Part shown: positions 53,627 through 62,564 of the stretch, piece after piece | How the letters are laid out: each line of letters opens with the position of its first letter | Position numbering within the stretch: position 1 is the first letter of the stretch | DNA from: a virus | Reading direction: 5' to 3' (one strand) | IMG/VR virus record: IMGVR_UViG_3300032334_001128 | Span: 32,001-96,000 of that record | DNA length: 64,000 nucleotides | Notes under the pieces: model-generated | Told to the model about the DNA's origin: nothing | The model's input: only the letters and a program-made list of their open reading frames with translations | Database searches by the model: none | Program-made: the position numbers and the translations under genes

Positions 53627-54826
53627 ATGGCACTTTCAGAAAACTTAAAAAAATTAGCAGAACCTGGGCAGACTGGTTCTGATATCAAAGCACTGGGTAC
53701 CCCAGAAGAATGGCGACCACGTTTAGACGTCGATGACTCTAAAGGTGGTTTTGTTGTATCTAAGCCTCACCCAGTCGGTGAGATTCCTGACACAGCTGAC
53801 GTACTAAAGGAATTTGATCTTGATCCAAACTCTTGGACTGTAACTTCTTTACGTCGTTCTCGTTGGCAGACGTACAGCGGTGAATGGTTGGAGTCAGTTC
53901 GTGTAAACGTAACTCCATCTGGTCTAGTTGTTGCTGATCAGCTTGACGCTGAAAAACTTATTGATGAAGTTAAGAAGTGGCGTCCAGAACGTGGTATCAA
54001 AGCTGGTACCGGTAACGGAGCTTACCTAGTCTCTCCTAGCGATCAGCAGATCGGTAAGAAAGCTAATGGCCAAGGTACTCAGCAGTCAATTGATAGAATT
54101 CTTCACTTGACTGAGGCTTCAGTAAACCGTCTACATGACCTTCGTAAAATTGGTCTTAACCTTGGAACTGTAGTTCTAGCACTCCCGGGAGATCACGTAG
54201 AGGGTCTTACAAGCCAAAATGGTCGTTTGCAGGGTCAAGCAGCATCTGACCTAGGACTCACTGAGCAGGTGCGTGTTGCACGTCGTTTGCTTATGGCACA
54301 GATCAAAGCTTTAGCCCCACTAGCGGAGCGCGTAATTGTTCCGGTCATCAACGGAAACCATGACGAGGTAACTCGTCAGGTAGCTGCCGATCCCGCTGAT
54401 GGCTGGAACGTTGAGATTGCATCAGCAGTGCAGGACGCATGTGCTGAGAATCCAGCGTTACAACACGTCGAGTTTAGGTATCCGTCATCTGGTCACCAAA
54501 CTCTAACTGTTGATATCAACGGAACTATGCTTGGACTATTCCATGGTCACCAGGTTGGTAGGGATGTAATGAAGTATCTATCTGGTCAAGCTGCAGGTCA
54601 GACTGCTCTCGGATTAGCAGACGTATGGATCTCTGGTCACTACCACAACTTTAAGACTATGGACATCGGTCAGCGTCTTTGGGTTCAATGCCCTACTACT
54701 GATCCAGGATCGGAGTGGTTCCGTGATCGTGCAGGTCTAGAATCAAAGCCAGGTCTATTGACTATGGTTATTGGTGGAGACTACGAGCCACGCGAACACA
54801 TCAGCGTTCTAGCTGTTAAGCTTTAG
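53627..54826 (+). CDS. Calcineurin-like metallophosphoesterase
   Basis: SDQQIG, GDHVEG, GNHDE, HGH and GHYH motifs in canonical order. Confidence 0.85.
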   Translation: MALSENLKKLAEPGQTGSDIKALGTPEEWRPRLDVDDSKGGFVVSKPHPVGEIPDTADVLKEFDLDPNSWTVTSLRRSRWQTYSGEWLESVRVNVTPSGLVVADQLDAEKLIDEVKKWRPERGIKAGTGNGAYLVSPSDQQIGKKANGQGTQQSIDRILHLTEASVNRLHDLRKIGLNLGTVVLALPGDHVEGLTSQNGRLQGQAASDLGLTEQVRVARRLLMAQIKALAPLAERVIVPVINGNHDEVTRQVAADPADGWNVEIASAVQDACAENPALQHVEFRYPSSGHQTLTVDINGTMLGLFHGHQVGRDVMKYLSGQAAGQTALGLADVWISGHYHNFKTMDIGQRLWVQCPTTDPGSEWFRDRAGLESKPGLLTMVIGGDYEPREHISVLAVKL

Positions 54827-55313
54827 GGCTTTTACTTTTAGCTTTTTTACTTGCTTTTTCTTCAGCTAGTGCGTGGAAAGCATTAACCGCGTTAGCACTG
54901 GTACGACTACGCCATTTAAAATTACATTCGGTGCACTCTACTACTCGCATGGTAGTCCAACGTCCACCGCCTGGTTTATCAACAATCATTGTTTTTAAAA
55001 ACTTTGTATTTGCCGAGCAATATGGGCATATCGGGTATCTACTTCTTCTTACTTCGGCTCCATCGACGTTGACAGATAGAGTTCGTCTAATCTCGTCTTC
55101 ATCTCGCCCTCCCCAAATTCCCCATATTTGTTTACTTTCCAGGGCCCATTTAAGGCAATCTTTACGCACTGGGCATGAGAAGCACATATTTTTTGCTTTA
55201 TGTCTTTCTTCATATTTTGGAGAGAAGAACATCTCAGCTAAATGTTTATTTTCTAACTTCCCACATTCGGATCCATTCATCCAATCTAGATCTTCTGGAT
55301 TATTTTTAGACAT
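54816..55313 (-). CDS. whiB: WhiB-family transcription factor with a C-terminal Zn-ribbon
   Basis: W....C...FF......AK..C..CPVR..CL.WAL......GIWGG, then CPYC...CTEC. Confidence 0.9.
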   Translation of the reverse strand: MSKNNPEDLDWMNGSECGKLENKHLAEMFFSPKYEERHKAKNMCFSCPVRKDCLKWALESKQIWGIWGGRDEDEIRRTLSVNVDGAEVRRSRYPICPYCSANTKFLKTMIVDKPGGGRWTTMRVVECTECNFKWRSRTSANAVNAFHALAEEKASKKAKSKSPKA

Positions 55314-55648
55314 TAAAGCTCCACAACTGTAATTAGGATGATTTGATCTACGGTATCTCCGTACTCAGTCTCACCGTTTTCATCACAGATGGTTAGATAA
55401 ACTTCACCGTTTAATTCACCAGCATAAGCGTGAGTAATTTTTCCACGCTCTACTAAATGAAATGCCTCGCTTAATGAATCTACAGATCCATCTCTTTGTA
55501 CAGCTGAGGCTAGGGCTCGTTTTATTACATCGATATCAAGATCAACGTGATCTTCAGTATAAAAAACAATAGGATTTAGCCTACTTGTTTCGTAACCTTC
55601 ACCAAACCATTCAGACCATAAAAATTCGCCTGGGCGTTTGTCAATCAT
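55313..55648 (-). CDS. Acidic hypothetical protein
   Basis: Co-oriented with and coupled to whiB. Confidence 0.65.
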   Translation of the reverse strand: MIDKRPGEFLWSEWFGEGYETSRLNPIVFYTEDHVDLDIDVIKRALASAVQRDGSVDSLSEAFHLVERGKITHAYAGELNGEVYLTICDENGETEYGDTVDQIILITVVEL

Positions 55649-55710
55649 ATATAACCATCCTAAAGATAATTATATATTTGTCTTCGTTAGAAGTTGCCGA
55701 TGTATTGTTA

Positions 55711-56205
55711 TTAGGCTACTGGCCAGATATATTCGTAAGTTTCTGGCTTTGATCCTGGATCTTCTTCCCAGTCAAACTGGGAATACCACTCGTAATCTTT
55801 ATTAAGTAGTGCCAGTCTGTGACTTGCAGCAATTTCTTCGTATTGAGGCTGATACCTCATCCACTGAGGATTAAACATGTTATCGTCTCTAATGAGCCCT
55901 AGCTCGATCGCACGAAAAACTGTTGTTTTAGCTTTGTCGCCAATGGTTGACTTATAGCCGCGACGCTTCCATTCGTCTACCATACATTGAATGTAGTAGT
56001 GCAAAGCCATTTCGTGACCACGCCACATCTTGACTGCAGGATGGTTTACCCAGCCTTTAGGGGTACGATGGTTTCCTTGCGGATCAAGCTCAAGCAGAGT
56101 CATAAGGATTTGCCATCCTTCAAGAGCTTGCTTGTTTAGACGCTTATTATCAAGCACTTTAGCAATGTCTTCAAAGCTGGATGTTAGTGGTACAAATGTT
56201 TGCAT
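55711..56205 (-). CDS. Pyrimidine-dimer DNA glycosylase-like protein (DenV / MSMEG_6728 family)
   Basis: MQTF+P......A..LD.KRL.KQ..E..QI...GW.NHPAV.MWRGH motif. Confidence 0.8.
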   Translation of the reverse strand: MQTFVPLTSSFEDIAKVLDNKRLNKQALEGWQILMTLLELDPQGNHRTPKGWVNHPAVKMWRGHEMALHYYIQCMVDEWKRRGYKSTIGDKAKTTVFRAIELGLIRDDNMFNPQWMRYQPQYEEIAASHRLALLNKDYEWYSQFDWEEDPGSKPETYEYIWPVA

Positions 56206-56225
56206 ATTATTCCTTTGATATGTAG

Positions 56226-56432
56226 TTATTTGATTTTGACGTAAACGTGGCCGGTGAAACCAACACCCTCTGATTCTAGTACAGCTTCCATCTCCACGTC
56301 AACTAGATCTTCAATATCTTCGTAATTATCTAAAAGGAAATAATCTAAGATAACTTGCTCGGCTCTGCGTTTTAGTTCTTCCTGATTTTCACCAAAAACT
56401 TCAAACTTTAGTTTAGTTCTCCAAGCAGCCAT
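56226..56432 (-). CDS. Hypothetical protein (68 aa)
   Basis: Coupled in the - strand operon. Confidence 0.6.
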   Translation of the reverse strand: MAAWRTKLKFEVFGENQEELKRRAEQVILDYFLLDNYEDIEDLVDVEMEAVLESEGVGFTGHVYVKIK

Positions 56433-56851
56433 TATCTGATCCTCTTCTCCAGCTGAGCCGGTCTGTAGTGGATTCCATCAAGAATTGGATTTAAGCCATC
56501 TGTTGAGTTGAAGATAACATCTCCAGATCTAATTGCAGCTACAATTCCTGGACGACCGTTCTGATTTGCCCCTACAACGCCGTCAAAGGCATCGTGGCGG
56601 ACTCTAACAATATCTCCTACAGAGATTTGCCCTGGCTCTGCTTGAACCCACAGCTCGGTCTTAGGGGTCTCGATGATGGCATGTCCTAGAGCTACTTTTG
56701 AAAAAATGTCTAATACTGCTCTAAGATCCTGGGGAGACATCTCAATAGGTTCCCAAGCTTTCAGCAGATCTAGCACAGCTAGCCCTACTCCTTTTTTAGT
56801 TTTTGTAGCTACAAATTGCTGTTTTACCCAGTCAATATCGACTTTACTCAT
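56432..56851 (-). CDS. Hypothetical protein with an SH3/KOW-like C-terminus
   Basis: +.VGD.VRV...G.+......G.V pattern; coupled to its neighbours. Confidence 0.6.
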   Translation of the reverse strand: MSKVDIDWVKQQFVATKTKKGVGLAVLDLLKAWEPIEMSPQDLRAVLDIFSKVALGHAIIETPKTELWVQAEPGQISVGDIVRVRHDAFDGVVGANQNGRPGIVAAIRSGDVIFNSTDGLNPILDGIHYRPAQLEKRIR

Positions 56852-57875
56852 TATTATTCTCCTGATTATTATTTAGACCGATGGTCGTTTCTAAAATTTT
56901 TCCTGCCAAGCCTTTTGATGGTATATACGATTTGTACAGATCTTTCTGGGCCATAGCTAGAATTCTTCTGTTTTCTGGATGCATAGCTTCAATGCTAGAA
57001 GCTAGTGCTTCCCACGCATCACCAAGTTTACTGGACTCTTTCCACTCCGTAGCAATTGGTGTGAGAGTGTTTAAAGCTTGAACATATCTGTATGTCCACC
57101 AAGTTCCATCTTTTTTGTGTGGACTTATTAGCACACCGATAGATTTTTCAATCTGAGATAAGACTTGATCGTCTGTCCAGCCTTTATTCCACTTCATAGG
57201 AGAATTTGGGTAGATCAATGATGCGGTAGTTGACTTAGCCCAGTCTGTTTTATGTGTATCAGCTACCCATTTATCTCGTCTTGACTCTTCAGATTCTAAG
57301 TCTTGTAGTAGATACGAATCTAAATTAATTCCAGATAAAACTTTTAAATTAGGTGGCAGAAGACTTTTAATTTTTCCTGGAGTTGACCAAGGGAGTGTTG
57401 GATAGATTACATCCGGCCAATCCTGATCCATTAATTTTTCTACAGCACCAAATAATCTGGTTTTTAAAAGTTCGTCAGAAGTTACTAAAGAAAAGTCTTT
57501 TCTATATGAAAAGAAAGATTTTGTAAATGATTCAGGATTTGAATGTATTGATTTGATACTAAAAGTAATTTGATTAACTTTAGGAGCATCAATAAAAAGT
57601 TTAAGTTTCGGTGAGTCCCACATTAGATCAATAATGCTAAGTGCACCGTACAGTCTATTTGCAGCAAGACTTGTTAGTGGGGATATTCCCACCAAAATAG
57701 AGTCGTAAGAATCTAAATCTTCATAAGAAAAATTAATGTCTGGATCTACCCAAGTCACATCGTGACCTACTTCTGTGAGTACTTTATTTAGTACTCCAGC
57801 AAAATTTAGAGATTTTTTATTAGCTGACTCTGACGCTTGAGATGCAGACATACCTGTCAATAAAATGTTACTCAT
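56844..57875 (-). CDS. Putative GT-B-fold glycosyltransferase
   Basis: N-terminal ILLTG...L..VL...GHDV.WV Rossmann-like start. The C-terminal segment SIGVLISP.K.DGTWWTYRYVQAL...TPI resembles the T4 beta-glucosyltransferase nucleotide-binding region by eye only. Confidence 0.4.
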   Translation of the reverse strand: MSNILLTGMSASQASESANKKSLNFAGVLNKVLTEVGHDVTWVDPDINFSYEDLDSYDSILVGISPLTSLAANRLYGALSIIDLMWDSPKLKLFIDAPKVNQITFSIKSIHSNPESFTKSFFSYRKDFSLVTSDELLKTRLFGAVEKLMDQDWPDVIYPTLPWSTPGKIKSLLPPNLKVLSGINLDSYLLQDLESEESRRDKWVADTHKTDWAKSTTASLIYPNSPMKWNKGWTDDQVLSQIEKSIGVLISPHKKDGTWWTYRYVQALNTLTPIATEWKESSKLGDAWEALASSIEAMHPENRRILAMAQKDLYKSYIPSKGLAGKILETTIGLNNNQENNNE

Positions 57876-57943
57876 AAAATCTCCTTAATAAATTGTGTAA
57901 GGACACCACGCATGTAGCGTGGTGCCCCCACAAGCAATCTAAT

Positions 57944-58468
57944 TTAGAACGGCGCACCTGGGGCAGGAGCCGGAGCAGGGGCAGGAGCCGGTGCTGGAGG
58001 TACAGCTGCACCTGCAGTAGTAGCGGCAACTGAGTCGATAGAAACGCCAGGAGTAGCCGCAATGCGGTGGTACTTCTTGATCTCGTTGCTAACGTTTCCG
58101 TTGTAAGTCTTTTTACCAAGAGTTACACGGAAGTGTGCACCACGAAGAGCATCTTCAATCTGAGCGTCAGTACGGTCAGGAGTGAAGTAGCTCTGAGGTA
58201 GACCAAGGGCAGCCATCTTAGAGAAGAATGCACCTAGGGCCTTAGGGTTGTCAAGAACAACAACGAGGTTGTCCCAAACAAGACGCTTAGCATAAGCGCC
58301 GTTCTGAACCTCTGCCTTGATCTTGAACATCTTACGTCCAGTCGAAGCAGTGGTAGCGGTAGCTTCAACGACCTTTAGGTCGTAGTCGCCGTCTGGTAGT
58401 GGCTCGTAGTTTCCACCTGCTGAATCTCCAGCAAGTTTGACAATGTCAGCCCAGTTTGTTGTACTCAT
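57944..58468 (-). CDS. Single-stranded DNA-binding protein (DUF669-like)
   Basis: YEPLPDG.Y...V..A....+S.G..M+.+...V..G.+..R.+WDN+ motif, a Pro/Ala tail ending PF, and position next to the AAA ATPase. Confidence 0.8.
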   Translation of the reverse strand: MSTTNWADIVKLAGDSAGGNYEPLPDGDYDLKVVEATATTASTGRKMFKIKAEVQNGAYAKRLVWDNLVVVLDNPKALGAFFSKMAALGLPQSYFTPDRTDAQIEDALRGAHFRVTLGKKTYNGNVSNEIKKYHRIAATPGVSIDSVAATTAGAAVPPAPAPAPAPAPAPGAPF

Positions 58469-58485
58469 AATTTATGAATACCTTT

Positions 58486-59250
58486 CTACTTAGTAGTTGA
58501 TTTGTTAGTTGCGGCTTTTGGGCCAAAGATGATGTCAAGCATACGCTCAACACCAAGGTCACCCTGCTCGACAATCGAGCCTAGGCGTCCCTGAACGCGT
58601 TCACCGGCATCGTACTTGTCAGTACGCTCGACATACATACGACGAGCTTTGTATGCTGGTTGGGTTGGATCAGGGTTTGGGATGTTCTCCAAAGCAATGG
58701 CACCAAGAACATCATAGAAGTATGGAGCCTGAACTGCAAGTTGACCCTGCAAGTAAGGCTTCATATGTCCATTCTGATCAGAACGAGCCATAGCTGTTAG
58801 AACCACTGCCTCAAGAGGCTGTGTTGGATGCATCGTTAGGTCACGTAGGTCGCGTAGAAGAGCACCCATGTGGCGAAGTAGTTCGCCCCACTGCTGCATC
58901 TTCATCTGCTCTGTACCAGCGATGTTGTCCATGCACTTGACCTGCAGCTCCGAAATGGAGTCGATGATCAAGGACTTGAACTGGTGCTTACCAGCTTGTA
59001 ACCACTGGAAAGCTTTTAGAACTACGTCATAGTCACGCACTGGCACTACGACGGTGTCCCAAGTTCCGTCCGCTACAGGAGGTTCTTCCCGCATTGGATC
59101 CCAATACTTTACGTTGATTGGGAGGAATCTGTGTCCACCCTCAACGTCAAGCATCAGACGAGGATATGGTGCTGTTACTGCGAAAGTTGATTTACCAACC
59201 TTTGACTCGCCGTAGACCATAAGAGTAAGAGAACGTTGTACGTCTGACAT
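58486..59250 (-). CDS. AAA-family ATPase (Sak4/AAA_24-like recombinase)
   Basis: Walker A YGESKVGKS, LD.EGG and Walker B IIDSISE; adjacent to the SSB and exonuclease genes. Confidence 0.8.
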   Translation of the reverse strand: MSDVQRSLTLMVYGESKVGKSTFAVTAPYPRLMLDVEGGHRFLPINVKYWDPMREEPPVADGTWDTVVVPVRDYDVVLKAFQWLQAGKHQFKSLIIDSISELQVKCMDNIAGTEQMKMQQWGELLRHMGALLRDLRDLTMHPTQPLEAVVLTAMARSDQNGHMKPYLQGQLAVQAPYFYDVLGAIALENIPNPDPTQPAYKARRMYVERTDKYDAGERVQGRLGSIVEQGDLGVERMLDIIFGPKAATNKSTTK

Positions 59251-60203
59251 TACTCACTACCTTTCTTTTCTTCTGTGTTGTAATAACCGTATGGATCGGA
59301 GACCTCATACATATCTGCAATAGCTGCTTCAGCTGATGATCCATCATCAATCATTGGGCAGATAGTGTAGAACTGGCACTTCCACTTGCAGTCCTTGGTA
59401 GGACGTGGGTAAGCGACAAAATTAGGATCAGCACCTGCATCAAGTGACTTTTTCACGTTGATTAGGTCTGTTACTGCACCGTGAATACGTTGCCAAAAAG
59501 CACGCATTGTAAACACGTTGTGACGAACTTCAATCTGCTCATAGAAAGGTGGCTTAGCGTTAGCTGTACGCTTTACTTTCTTTAGCATAGTAAAGATACC
59601 ACCCTCAGCACGTTCTTCAGGTGCTTTGTTCTGGGCGTGTTCCAAAAGCATGTAAGTCAAAATCTGCTCATTCATCTGAGCCTGGTTTGCAAAGTCTGCA
59701 AAAGATCCACCAACAGTTTTGAAGTCACGGAACATACGAACGCCATCGATCTTACGACGGACACGCATGTCAAGTTTTCCCTGCAGAATTACTTCTCCAT
59801 CAAACATTGGCATCTCAATGATTTCTTCTGTAGAGATCATCTCAAGTTCAGCATCAATACCCTGATCTTCTACCCATTGTAGGTAGCCCTCAAGCATGAT
59901 TCGACCAAGTTCTGCCTCTGACTCTAAGTCTGAAGTATCTCTAAACTCTTTAACCAAAGATTCCAAATCTTTCTTCACTAAAGCAGCATGTGCTTCTAGA
60001 AGACCGATTGCACCTTCAGACGAGTAATACTGATCTAAAGCTTCGTGAATACGAGATCCAAGAGCAAGTGCGCCGGTGTATTGAGTTTGCTTTGGCATTA
60101 GACGACGGTAGTAGTTTAGCCACCATTTACGTCTGCAGTCTTTGAATACCTGAAGCTCTGAATTAGAGAGACGGTATGGTACTGGGGTGTTGTCTTCTGT
60201 CAT
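59250..60203 (-). CDS. PD-(D/E)XK exonuclease (Cas4/RecB-like)
   Basis: S.S.+..F..CRR.W, GS.IH.ALD, G.LD...DFKT, Q..TY and a C-terminal C...C.F..IC cluster. Confidence 0.85.
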   Translation of the reverse strand: MTEDNTPVPYRLSNSELQVFKDCRRKWWLNYYRRLMPKQTQYTGALALGSRIHEALDQYYSSEGAIGLLEAHAALVKKDLESLVKEFRDTSDLESEAELGRIMLEGYLQWVEDQGIDAELEMISTEEIIEMPMFDGEVILQGKLDMRVRRKIDGVRMFRDFKTVGGSFADFANQAQMNEQILTYMLLEHAQNKAPEERAEGGIFTMLKKVKRTANAKPPFYEQIEVRHNVFTMRAFWQRIHGAVTDLINVKKSLDAGADPNFVAYPRPTKDCKWKCQFYTICPMIDDGSSAEAAIADMYEVSDPYGYYNTEEKKGSE

Positions 60204-60205
60204 GA

Positions 60206-62014
60206 TTACAGAATACCTTTCTTGTCGTCTTTTAGCAATTCGAGAAGTTTACCCTTATCTTTCACGATTTGCTCAAAGTTATCGGCCTTACTTTCTAAGA
60301 CTTGGATAACACGTTCCTCGATAGTACCTTCAGTTACATAGTCCATGATAATTACTGAGTCATGGATTTCAGAACCGATGCGGTGAATACGATCGAGAGC
60401 TTGTTTGTGGTCTACAAGAGACCATGGTCTTTGTAGCATAACTAATCTACGTCCGGTTGTCAAGGTGACACCAACACCACCAGCCTGGGCAGTGAATAGG
60501 ATCCACTTAATCTTGCCTGATTGGAAATCATCAATAGCTTTTTGACGCTCGTCTCCGCTTTGAGCACCAGTGATTAGACCATGTGGAATTCCTTCTTTGG
60601 TCATACGAGCACTAAGTAGATCAATTAGCTGACGTGATACTGCACATACAGCTACGCTGTCGTCACCAAAGTCGCCTTCTTTAATATCATCCATCAGAGC
60701 ATCTACCTTACATGATGGCTCTGACAAAGTTACAGTGGTTTCTCCAGTAGCTTCATCAATTACTGACTCAGCAAATGAGCTAGCAAACTGATGTAGACGT
60801 ACAGCTTGAGTCAGAACACTAGGAGCCACTACAGAATCTCCGCCCTCAAGCTCAGCGATCATATTGTCACGCATCTGCTCGTAAGCTTTCTTCTGCTTAG
60901 TAGACATCTCGACGTCACGACGTTCAAACATCATCTCTGGTAGCCAAGGAAGTACACGAGCCTTGAGCATACGACGCATACGCGGGTTGATAGTTGCATG
61001 GAATTCTTCTTCCATATGAGACTTAAGTCCAAGAACCATCATTCCACCAAACGCATTTAGCATTGTGTTGACCATACGATCAATCCAGCGTGTTTTGCTA
61101 GGCCACTCGTCTGGAGAAATCCAGTGAAGAATTGGCCAAAGATCAATGACGTTATTAGCAATAGGGGTACCGGTAAGTGCAAAACGAATATCTGCATCGC
61201 CAGTAGCTGCCCATAGGGCACGAGTCTGTTTAGACTTAGGTTCTTTTGAACGGTGCATCTCGTCAGCAATAACTGCCTTGAAATCAATTTCGTTTAGTTC
61301 TCTTTTGTGAACTTCACATCTAGTCTCAGTGACGCGGTCGTCCATGCCACCACACTCTTTACAGCGAGCTAGTGCAATTGATCCATATCCAGAAAGCCTT
61401 GAGTGAGAACGCAATGATTCCCAGTTGATAACGTAAACGTCAGCTGGCTCTTCAAACTGCTTACGGCGTTGCGTAGCTGTGCCAGAAATTACTTGCACCT
61501 TTACATCTGGCCACCACTTAGCAAACTCTCGTTTCCAGTTTTTCTTCAAAGTGTTAGGGCAGACAATCATTGCAGGAAATACTTCCTGACCCTGGTCTTT
61601 CAAAAGTTTTAGAGCACGGATAGCTTGGGCTGTCTTACCTAGTCCAGGTTCATCAGCTAGAAGTGCACGACGTGCAGTTGCTAGAAACTTTACGCCAGCA
61701 CGCTGGTGTGGGAATAGATCTTGATCGCCTTCGCCATCTGGCAGAAGTTCTAAGTCTCTAAGAAGATTAGCTGGATCTACTCGATTATTACGCTCTTGAG
61801 TAGCCCACTCAACGAGCTTTGGACCTAATACAAGATCGTCTCTAAAAGTAGATCTAAGAGCTAAACAAGCAGTCCAAGATACTGGAATTTTCCATACTTG
61901 CTCTTTTGGATCCCAGGTAGCACCTGGAATGCTTTTACATAGTTCTTTGAATCGCCAATCCGTATAGATGGCAATGTGAGAACCGGAGTCGTTCAGTTCA
62001 ACATTTACTGGCAT
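60206..62014 (-). CDS. SNF2-family helicase
   Basis: LADEPGLGKT, IADEMH, LTGTP, R.......I..FQ, AGGVG+TL and QALDRIHRIG motifs. Confidence 0.9.
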   Translation of the reverse strand: MPVNVELNDSGSHIAIYTDWRFKELCKSIPGATWDPKEQVWKIPVSWTACLALRSTFRDDLVLGPKLVEWATQERNNRVDPANLLRDLELLPDGEGDQDLFPHQRAGVKFLATARRALLADEPGLGKTAQAIRALKLLKDQGQEVFPAMIVCPNTLKKNWKREFAKWWPDVKVQVISGTATQRRKQFEEPADVYVINWESLRSHSRLSGYGSIALARCKECGGMDDRVTETRCEVHKRELNEIDFKAVIADEMHRSKEPKSKQTRALWAATGDADIRFALTGTPIANNVIDLWPILHWISPDEWPSKTRWIDRMVNTMLNAFGGMMVLGLKSHMEEEFHATINPRMRRMLKARVLPWLPEMMFERRDVEMSTKQKKAYEQMRDNMIAELEGGDSVVAPSVLTQAVRLHQFASSFAESVIDEATGETTVTLSEPSCKVDALMDDIKEGDFGDDSVAVCAVSRQLIDLLSARMTKEGIPHGLITGAQSGDERQKAIDDFQSGKIKWILFTAQAGGVGVTLTTGRRLVMLQRPWSLVDHKQALDRIHRIGSEIHDSVIIMDYVTEGTIEERVIQVLESKADNFEQIVKDKGKLLELLKDDKKGIL

Positions 62015-62093
62015 TTGTGTTATTCCTTTTGTCTTTATGTATACATACTAGCATAAAAAATCTAGTTTAGTTTTAAATTTTTTGCTAGTATCT

Positions 62094-62564
62094 CTAACTT
62101 TGTAGCAATTTTACTGGTTTCCAGCCACTTTTTACTAATCTTAATAGGGCGTGTCGGATTGCATCAAGTGCGTGTCCCTCACCACCACGGTGCCAATAAT
62201 CCAAAATTCTGATCTTTTCATTAGTGAACATGGCTTTAGCATCTGCTGGAGATTGAAAGAAAATATCATCCGGAGCTCTGCCATGATCTAACATGACTTG
62301 TTTAAGAATTCCGATCTGCTCCAATGAGTATGGAGCCTGAGAGTTCTTGACGGTCTGAGCATTGATAGTAAATCTCTCACAGACTACTTCTAATCTATTA
62401 CCAGTACCACTGGCATAAAGAAAAGCTCGGCGAATTGGATCAGCGTACTCGTGTTGCTGGTATTCACCGGACCAGAGCATTTCTGGTTCGCTTCCCTCGT
62501 CCCATCTAAAAAAGCAAACCCCACTGGCTTTACCTGGGTCAACTGCCAAAATCAATCTACTCAT
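62094..62564 (-). CDS. RuvC-like Holliday junction resolvase (start probably ATG 62564)
   Basis: ILAVDPG..SG, VVCERF and HALDA.RH motifs. Confidence 0.75.
   Translation of the reverse strand: MSRLILAVDPGKASGVCFFRWDEGSEPEMLWSGEYQQHEYADPIRRAFLYASGTGNRLEVVCERFTINAQTVKNSQAPYSLEQIGILKQVMLDHGRAPDDIFFQSPADAKAMFTNEKIRILDYWHRGGEGHALDAIRHALLRLVKSGWKPVKLLQS

Noticed and set aside
59250-60203. Cas4-like gene as evidence of a CRISPR system
   Set aside because: It sits with the AAA ATPase and SSB in a standard phage recombination module. Solo Cas4-like nucleases are common in phages.
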